Below, one piece after another: positions 55,844-64,000 of a DNA stretch of 64,000 bases. The position numbers were made by a program, and so were the translations under genes. The notes under the pieces were generated by a model. The model did no database searches. It saw only the letters and a list, made by a program, of their open reading frames with translations, and had not been told where the DNA came from. Source of the stretch: Chrysomallon squamiferum (taxonomy: Eukaryota; Animalia; Mollusca); assembly GCA_012295275.1 (NCBI GenBank), contig CM022673.1:19034001-19098000 (forward strand). Direction: 5' to 3'. Within the stretch, counting starts at the first letter, position 1. Every line of letters begins with the position of its first letter.

Positions 55844-58800
55844 TTACAATCTGTCTCTGTGCCATATCCACTTTTTGCAAACATGATCGAAGTTATGTGC
55901 ACGCCACTGTTTTTCCAGCAATTCATATCTCTCCTTACTCAGAAACAGTGGCTTCCCACGCCTGCAAAACAACAACAGTTAATTAATATAATACTGGCTT
56001 TCTAACTGAAACTTTTTAATACCATCAAAATACCAATTTTACCAAACCAAACAGAAAAGATTAAATAAATTTTGTAATATAATCATCAGTAATAAATAAT
56101 ACAGAAAGTAAAAACTAAAGTTGGCCATAAATAATTATAAATCATGAATTGTTAAAATAATTCATTTTTATTACTAATATAGAAATTGAAATTGCAATTA
56201 AATTTGAAAATAAAAACACTGTATTAGAATTATAATTTCATACTTGAGATCTCTGTCCTCTTCTCCATGTTCATCCAGGTAGATAGACCCCCAGAGTGTT
56301 GCTCTAGGCCCACGAATTACAACAATCACACTGGAATTGATGAGGAGAAAAATTCCTGTTCCTCCTCCACAAGTGACAGAATGCTAGCAAAACAAAATCA
56401 ACAGTAAGAAACCAATCTCTTATAATGTGGATTATATATTTTCAGACAGGGATGTTATTTATTTTGTTTCTGGCCAATAAAGGAAAGTAACATTAAAAAT
56501 GTTTTGTTTTTTTGTTTTTATTTAATGACAGTTCCAAAAGTTTTATAATAATTATTTTTAAAAGAAAACATTTATTCAAAAATGATTTCATCACAACTTA
56601 CAAATACCAAAAATACCAAATATAGCCCCACAAACTTGCAAAATTTCATTTTCAACAAACTAGAACTGAACTAACCTGTACACATTCATAAACCAAATTT
56701 TGTCTGCAACAAGAATCTCTAAAACAGAGAAAATCACCACAGATGAGGCAGACAGTTGGGTCTCGTGGGGGTTTACTGCAAACTTCACACTGCTGACTAC
56801 GGAACTTCTGAAAGATGCGGTAGTACTGATCTGGCAGAACAATCAGATGAGGTCCATACCACATGGGCTTTATTAGCAACAATGACTGAAATGTTTTTTA
56901 AATAAATAAAAAGGATAACAAATACACTAACCCTCAGTTTAACAGACCTAGATTCAACAAACTATATTTAAGCATATTAGTTAGTTCATGAGTCAGACCT
57001 TTACATTTGGAGTTCAAGTACAAAACTGGTCAGATCTAAGGTGAAGTCTCCTAAATCAGAACATGATTCAGATCTGTTCATATTATTGTGCAAATATTTA
57101 GAAATTATTTTGAACTTACTGAACTTAAGCACAACATACAGCAAAATCCAGTAATAATTACATATGCTTAAACAAAATGAAAATAAAAACCATTACAAAC
57201 ATTTTAGTTTTATGCAGAATATTTTGCCAACATTTTGAAATGGTTTATTTATTAAAAAAAAAAACAGGGCAGAACGATAATAACATGAAAACTTTAAAAT
57301 ACCAATAAAATTATTTTATTTTTCCTTAATGTTAGCGCCACTGATATATTAACAATCTCTAACAACTCCTTTCATCAGACATTTCTGAAACATTATGCAA
57401 TGCTTTATTGCAAGATGAACGTTAATTTTGTTAAATCCTGTTTTAGTATCATGAGAAACATTGTCTTTAAATATATGTACTGGATGAAAATAGAAATTGT
57501 TATCAAAATATATATATGTATGATCAAAAAAATAAATTAATCTCATGCAAAAAGTTTTGATCTGGCAACTATTTTGTATCTCAGTGTCTACCTTTCCCTT
57601 TGGTATTATTATTTTTCCTAACAGATAGGACAGCAATATATATGAACCCAGCAAACACATAATTCTCATTATAACAACATATGTAGAACACACAGGAAGA
57701 TATAAAAATAATAAAGTGAATAAGTCAAAATCTAATTCCAATGATTGTTATGGAGACAAACCTGCTCTGAGCAATTCATTTCAAAATTAAAGACAATTCC
57801 TATCCTGCCTAGTTCACACTATTATGGAAATTTATAATTTACCAGAAACAGTTATTCATGTTTATTCATTTTATTTACTTTTCACAACCTATTTCACAAT
57901 AATTAGTCAACATCTCTGCATAGTTCCTTCTGATTAATAATAATAATAAAAAAAACAACAACATAAAAACACATTTTTATATATATCTTTTTTTCTCTTT
58001 CACCATAAATAGAACTCATCCGGTGAGATAATGATGTTGCTCAAGTAAAACTGAAAGCTAATATATGTTATCTGATACAAACCTTTGCATCAGCAAAGTT
58101 AATGCTGACAAAGTTGAGATAGTCTGTACACCAGGCCTGTGTCAGTTTGATTGGGTTTGGTACTGCCCACTGCATACATGCTGTTGAATTGGAGTCTGGT
58201 GGTGAGTCATGAGATGTATTCTTCATAAGACTGAGATACACAGCAAGATAGTGGAATTCTGAAATACTCTAACAAACAAATCATAGTCAAGGTTTAAAAC
58301 AAATTTATTAATAATTAAATATAGCTATAAGACATTGTTAATTTTAAGTACTTCAAAATAATAAATTCTCAGTAGTATAATAATTTTTATTTATTTTACA
58401 TAATATGTAATTATTCAATTTCTAAACAGTTTATTTAGCATTTGCATTTAACTAATTTTCATTACAATTAGAAAATCAATTTCAGATTAATAAGGTTAAT
58501 GGCTTAAAACACAACAGCTTATCTTGAAATTATATATATATTTAATCCAGTAATTTGTTTCACAAGAAAGTCTCATTAATTGTGTAACAAATATAGTCTG
58601 ATATTTATAACAAGCATAACAAACATGGTTTAAATATAATCACCTGAAAAAATACAAAACATGTAGAAGAAGATTCTTTGTTTACACACAAAAATATGAA
58701 AACAATTTTTTTTAAATGTTTAAAACAGATATAATCTTAACAATCTTAGACATACCTGAGAGGGAGAAAACTCTATTCCAAACAAATGGTGCTTTAACAA

Positions 58801-61800
58801 TGCTGCTATTCTCAAAAAGGGCAACACAAACTCTTCAATTGTATCTTCAACACTTTGAGGAGACCAAACACTCTGACAAAACTGAAAAGAAGTGAAATTA
58901 CAATTACATAACTAAATAACCTGTGTATATTAATTTTCTGTATGTCACAAATTCATCTGATACCCTTCCCATCTCCATAGTTTATGTGAATGTAAAGATA
59001 TATCTAGTTAAATAAACATTTTGATGTTAAGAAATAACTCATTCAGTATTATATTTTATATTTAAAAATGACTACTTTCATCAAACAGCAAACTGTGATC
59101 TATAAACAAGAATTTAATTAAAAGTTTTAAAAAATACAAAATTATGAAACCAATTACTTACAGCTGAAATACCTTTTTCCATATCAGCATCATCAAAAAG
59201 TCTACTCAGGCTAAGACGAGTTATTATATGGCTCAGTATGCCATCCATTGTTTCAAATGGAACCTGAAGACAAACATGAATATTTTATCTATATTTTCAA
59301 GACATCTATAGCATTAAAATAAACTGTTATTATTTAACAAGTTTAGAAAAAAATGTAGATTTTAAACAAAATTAATAAATTTGAGCATTTTTCACCAGTT
59401 ACACATTAATTAATGCCTTTAAGCTGATACAGTTTTACACAGCACCAGAAACATTTTTTTAAAAATTTTTTAAACAAGTATCTGTAACAATAAAAAAAGC
59501 ACTTTTACTTTCTGTCCTTTTTTCCTCCATGCTTCTCTCTCTTCTGATGTAAACTTACAGCTCATTACACAGAGTGCTTGGACACAAACAACATTATACA
59601 ACATCTGAACCAAGAAATCATAGTGCTCTGAAGATCACAAAAAAACAATAATAATAAGAATAATGTTAAAAGAAACTCAGAATAATAATTTTTTTAAATG
59701 CTTTACAAAACAACAAATCATAATTGTTATAAAAAACTGAATTTTTTTTTTTTAAGTATTCATCTATTAATTTATTTAATTTATGAAATTTTAAAGTGTC
59801 AGCATGTAAATGAAATTAGAAATCTGTAAAATACTTATTATTTGTAATACTTGAGTTAAAGATAATTCATTTCTATGAAACTAAAATTATTTTTTCTATT
59901 AAATATACCTGTTTCGATTGAAATTGGAAGAGTCAAAATGAACTGAATTAATAAAGCTGTAACATCTTTCAAGAGAAGTGGGACATTCTTCTGGTACTTT
60001 GTCACACTGAAAGCAAACCAAATACATCACAAAATAATTATCAACAAAAATCTTTAAAAAATATAACTGGTTGAATCAACAGTGAGACTAACACACAAAG
60101 TAAAGTTAAAAAATGTAACACTACCTGGTTAAATCAGCAGTGAGAGTAACACACAAAGTATAGTTAAAAAATGTAACACTACCTGGTTGAATTATTAGTG
60201 AGATTAACATAGAGTAAAGTTAAAAAATATAACACCACCTGAGTGAATCACTATTAGATTGATATTCAAAGAAAAGTTAAAAAATGTTAGATTACCTTGT
60301 GGAGTCACTAGTGAGACTGACACCTGTAATGTGAGCCCATAAATCTGTGTATGGTGTGGGTCTCATAGTCAACAACTTGCTGTGCAAACTCAGAACATGC
60401 AGCATTGGAACTGGAAAAAATGCCCTTCATTAATTAATAATTATTCTGTAAATGATTTAATTTTTGGTTGCTGAGTATCTCCATTTCATTCAATGACTAA
60501 CAGATTCACAAAAAGTAGTCAAAAGATATTTCTGTTATTTGTGAAGATCAATATTATCATGATTTCATATAAAATATTACAGGTGCAGTAATTGACAATA
60601 AATACTGTACTTCTAACTAACTATTGCTGAATTAAAACAACTCATTTTTAAAAACAGTCTAGCCCTTACGAAAGCAGTTTTTCTTTGTAAATGTGGATGG
60701 TGGTGGCTTGTCTAAAGTTCCATCTCTCTGTAATAATTCCACTTCAAGGTTAGTTCTACAACAAGCAAAATAAATATATAATGTTAATGACATTAGACTG
60801 ATAAACAGAAAAACAGATAAAAGTATAAAAATTAAGATGAGAGTAATAAAGTTTATCTCAAATTTTAACTTATTTCTAACAAGTAAAAGAAAAAGGACAT
60901 TTCTTTAATTGTTAATACCATAAAAATGATGGAAGTTCAATAATCTGAAAAGATGATTATGAAAACATCCATGAAATAATAATAGGTGACATAAAAAAGA
61001 AAGAAAGAAAAATAAATTAATTGCAAATAGAACTATGCTTTATGCTATCCATTAATATCAGTAACAAATAATTAAATTATATAACAATGACAAAATTTAA
61101 CAATTACTAAACAAAACAAATAAGTGTTTGAACACAAACCACTATAATTTTGAACACCACAAATTACTAGATGGACATGTACCATAAACATATTAATACA
61201 CAGGAAGTTTCATGTCTGGTAAAAACCTACAAAACATTGATCCATATTGTTAATTAAATGATTGACTAAATAATCCTTCATGACTGACACTTTTTTTGCC
61301 ATCTTTCAGTGTAATACTACTAGACTACTACTATCTCAGATTACTAAATCTTCATGGAAAATATCTAATTTTGAAAAATAAAAAACCTGAATACATTTTA
61401 TTTAATATCTGATAGATTTAATTAATACTAACATGTACAAAAATACTTAGAGAACCTACCTTGCCACAGAACAAACAAAGAGCAAAACACATTCTGAACC
61501 ATGTGACATTGTGTACGTTTTGTATACAGAATGCGTAGCATTTGTCAAATCTTCCATCACACTTCCCATGGCTTTTGTTAAGTTTGCTGATCCCTATATA
61601 ATAAATAAATTTTATGAATAAAATAATAAACCAAATTATCATTCTGGATATTAAAAATTGTAAACCAACATATTCAGAAGTTGAAAGTAAAATGGATTTA
61701 ATATATTTAGAGGTAATGTTGGAATTGATAACACACAAATGGTGTCAACCCCACCAAAAGAAACAAACAACGTCTTTTCAACAACAAAAATATTAAAAAC

Positions 61801-64000
61801 AACAGTTAAAAAGATGATTAACTGAATGCAATGAATTTGAAAACAGCAGTAATTCAACATGGTGCAAAATGTAATTTTATCATAATTAATATTTATTTTA
61901 TAAATTCTGAAAAACATACAGGTGTTATAGGTCTTTTAACCATCAGCTCTGCTAAGTCAAGTGCCATCTGATGGGAATCACTGGATACTGGTTTAACCAG
62001 AGCAAATTTGTTTTCATCGGGAACTATTGGGATGACAGAGTTGGAGAGCTGTCGACACAGAGGACACCAGTATTCTCCTTTGTTCACAGATAGATTTTCA
62101 TTTGGATTGTGGGTCTGAAAATTTGTTATTGATGAAGTTGTGCAAATGAATTCCTTCTCTCAAAATTAATTAATTTATAGTTACAGAAAAACCTTAAGTG
62201 CTACATGTAATTAAATAAATGCTAAAGATTCCTAACAGGAAAGTTAAGAGTGAGCTGGTTTCCTGAAAATATTCATTTAGTTATTAGTGTAGAGTGACAT
62301 TAAAATTATATTGTCACTTTTGTTTTAAAATCTTTAAAAATTGTTTTTTTTAAATAAACTATTTCTACTTTCCCAGAATATATATTAGGTAAGTATATAT
62401 TCAGCATAATTTTATTTTTGTTAACCTTTTATGATGGTTTATTTGTAACTTGATTAAAACAGTTAAAAAGATTAGTAACAGCTAAATTATATTTTGGATA
62501 ACTTAAAAAAGTATTAAGGTTTGCATGTTGGCTAACTTTAAGTGATTCAAGATAGGAACTGTGGCAGGTGAGATGGAGATAATGTCCACAGGTCTGTACT
62601 ACAACTCCACCTTCCCATCCAATGTTGAGAGACATCTGACAGGAACCCTGAAACAACAGTGTATGCATATTTGTATATTAATAAAACTGACATTCATTAC
62701 AGTAGGAGGATAGCTGATTAATAATAAATTGATCAGTGTTGATGGGTTCGTTTGCTTCTGTGTGGTTGTTGTATATGTAGATGTGAGTGTGTTTATTTGT
62801 AAATTTTATTTAGTGGTGAGATAATATGTGGGAAGCCTAAGTTTATTATTCTTGTATGTGAAGAAAACAAAAATGTGTTTTTAATGCTATAGTTTCATAT
62901 AATGAACACTTAAATAACTAAATACCTCCTCAAAATTTTTAAGTAGAGTCTCTAATTGTTTCTTCTGAAATTTAGCACACTGGGCTCGATGTAATTCCAG
63001 GCCATCCTCTAGAAGAACTGTTGGCTTCTCAGTCAACATTCGGTGTCCTAGGACTGGGAATATTTTTATACATTACAAGTGTATTTATTTATATTTTACA
63101 ATAATAACTTCATCCATTATTACGAGAGCAATATTTACTAAACTCAATAAGATGAAACAGAACATCAATTTTCATTTTTTAACTATGTCATTATGACATC
63201 ACTACAGTAAAAGCTAATTACTGTCATTGGATGCTTTCACCAAAAATTATAAATGGCCATCATAAACTAATTTCAACTAAGTACTATTTTTATTCTTATT
63301 CAATTCATTGCTATTTCTCCAGAAGATAATTAAAGTGATACTTAACCTATTTTTTTAAATTCTTTATAATACAGTCAACTGAAGTGTTAATTTTCATAAG
63401 CAAAATATCTTTTTAAACAATAACAATAAATTAAAACATATTAATAACAATAAAAATAAAAATGAATTGAAAACAGCTATAAAATTTAATATAATGATTG
63501 TATTATACACAATATGCTGTATCAGATTACCACTTGAAGACTGCAGAAAGACAACTAGACCAATTGGACTATCACCAGTGGATGGAGCGCTCTGACCACA
63601 AATAACACAGTCCAATAATTTTTCCTCAGACTTGGATGGTGAAGTTTTTTCATTTGTTTTCTCCTCTGATAAAATATCTTCTGTAAAGAACACAACATTT
63701 GTACTGTCAAAGACTTTCAGATTACTGCACCTTTGGAAAGTATAACCAGATATTTTATTTACAATTATCCAAATATTATTAAATTGCAGATATTATTTAC
63801 ATTTACATATAATTATCAATTATCAACAAAATATATAAGTGTAACAGTAATGACAATATAAAAAGGAAAATATTTTAACAAAAACAACAAATCTGCTGGT
63901 GACACATATCTACCTTCCTCTTCCATTGCTTGTTCCATGAAAGCCTTCTGCTTAGAGGCAAATTCTGCCATCAACTTTTGCTGACGTTCCCAAGCCTTTT
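55844..64000 (-). CDS. UBR3: E3 ubiquitin ligase UBR3, C-terminal part (RING-H2 and C-terminal domain); continues beyond the window
   Basis: Exons: >64000-63914, 63680-63531, 63053-62926, 62647-62537, 62114-61920, 61593-61460, 60755-60670, 60410-60296, 60006-59909, 59627-59509, 59263-59162, 58881-58756, 58268-58083, 56885-56676, 56383-56244, 55961-55844 (TAA). Motifs: [71 protein letters not shown]. Confidence 0.95.
60060..60323 (-). repeat. 58-bp tandem repeat derived from a UBR3 exon end plus its 5' splice site (4 intronic copies)
   Basis: The exon tail gtgtcagtctcactagtgactccacaag| is re-copied as ...gtgttagtctcactgttgattcaaccag in successive units. Each unit begins GT and ends CAG. Confidence 0.88.

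Noticed and set aside
63970-64000. UBR3 AWERQQ instead of ARERQQ
   Set aside because: A single CpG-type transition at the window edge; polymorphism or error cannot be excluded.

Overview
AT-rich, intron-rich genomic DNA from an animal, probably an invertebrate (lophotrochozoan-like, but the taxon cannot be fixed from sequence alone). There are no prokaryotic features or CRISPR arrays. Manual splicing gives six conserved genes: a 5'-truncated NOSTRIN-like F-BAR/HR1/SH3 gene (+, 334-8337), NOM1 (-, 12169-19216), DUS3L (-, 20590-26824), a divergent RhoA-like GTPase (-, 36026-39091), UBE2M/Ubc12 (+, 42160-45667) and the 3' part of UBR3 (-, 55844 to the window end). Two spliced genes missed or fragmented by the ORF track also appear. 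One is a two-exon gene for an 83-aa secreted peptide with 16 His and 8 clustered Cys (-, 34609-35332), the most novel object in the window. The other is a three-exon 147-aa orphan (-, 50247-52136). Splicing oddities include a U12-type intron with a GC donor in NOM1, 9-nt and 24-nt microexon candidates in NOSTRIN, a decayed duplicate of NOM1 exon 1, and a 58-bp tandem array that multiplies a UBR3 exon/intron junction. Mobile DNA comprises a pogo/Tigger-like MITE, an internally deleted Sola2-like transposon, a Tigger transposase relic and a hAT-like MITE. All calls come from reading and translating by eye; no searches were run.
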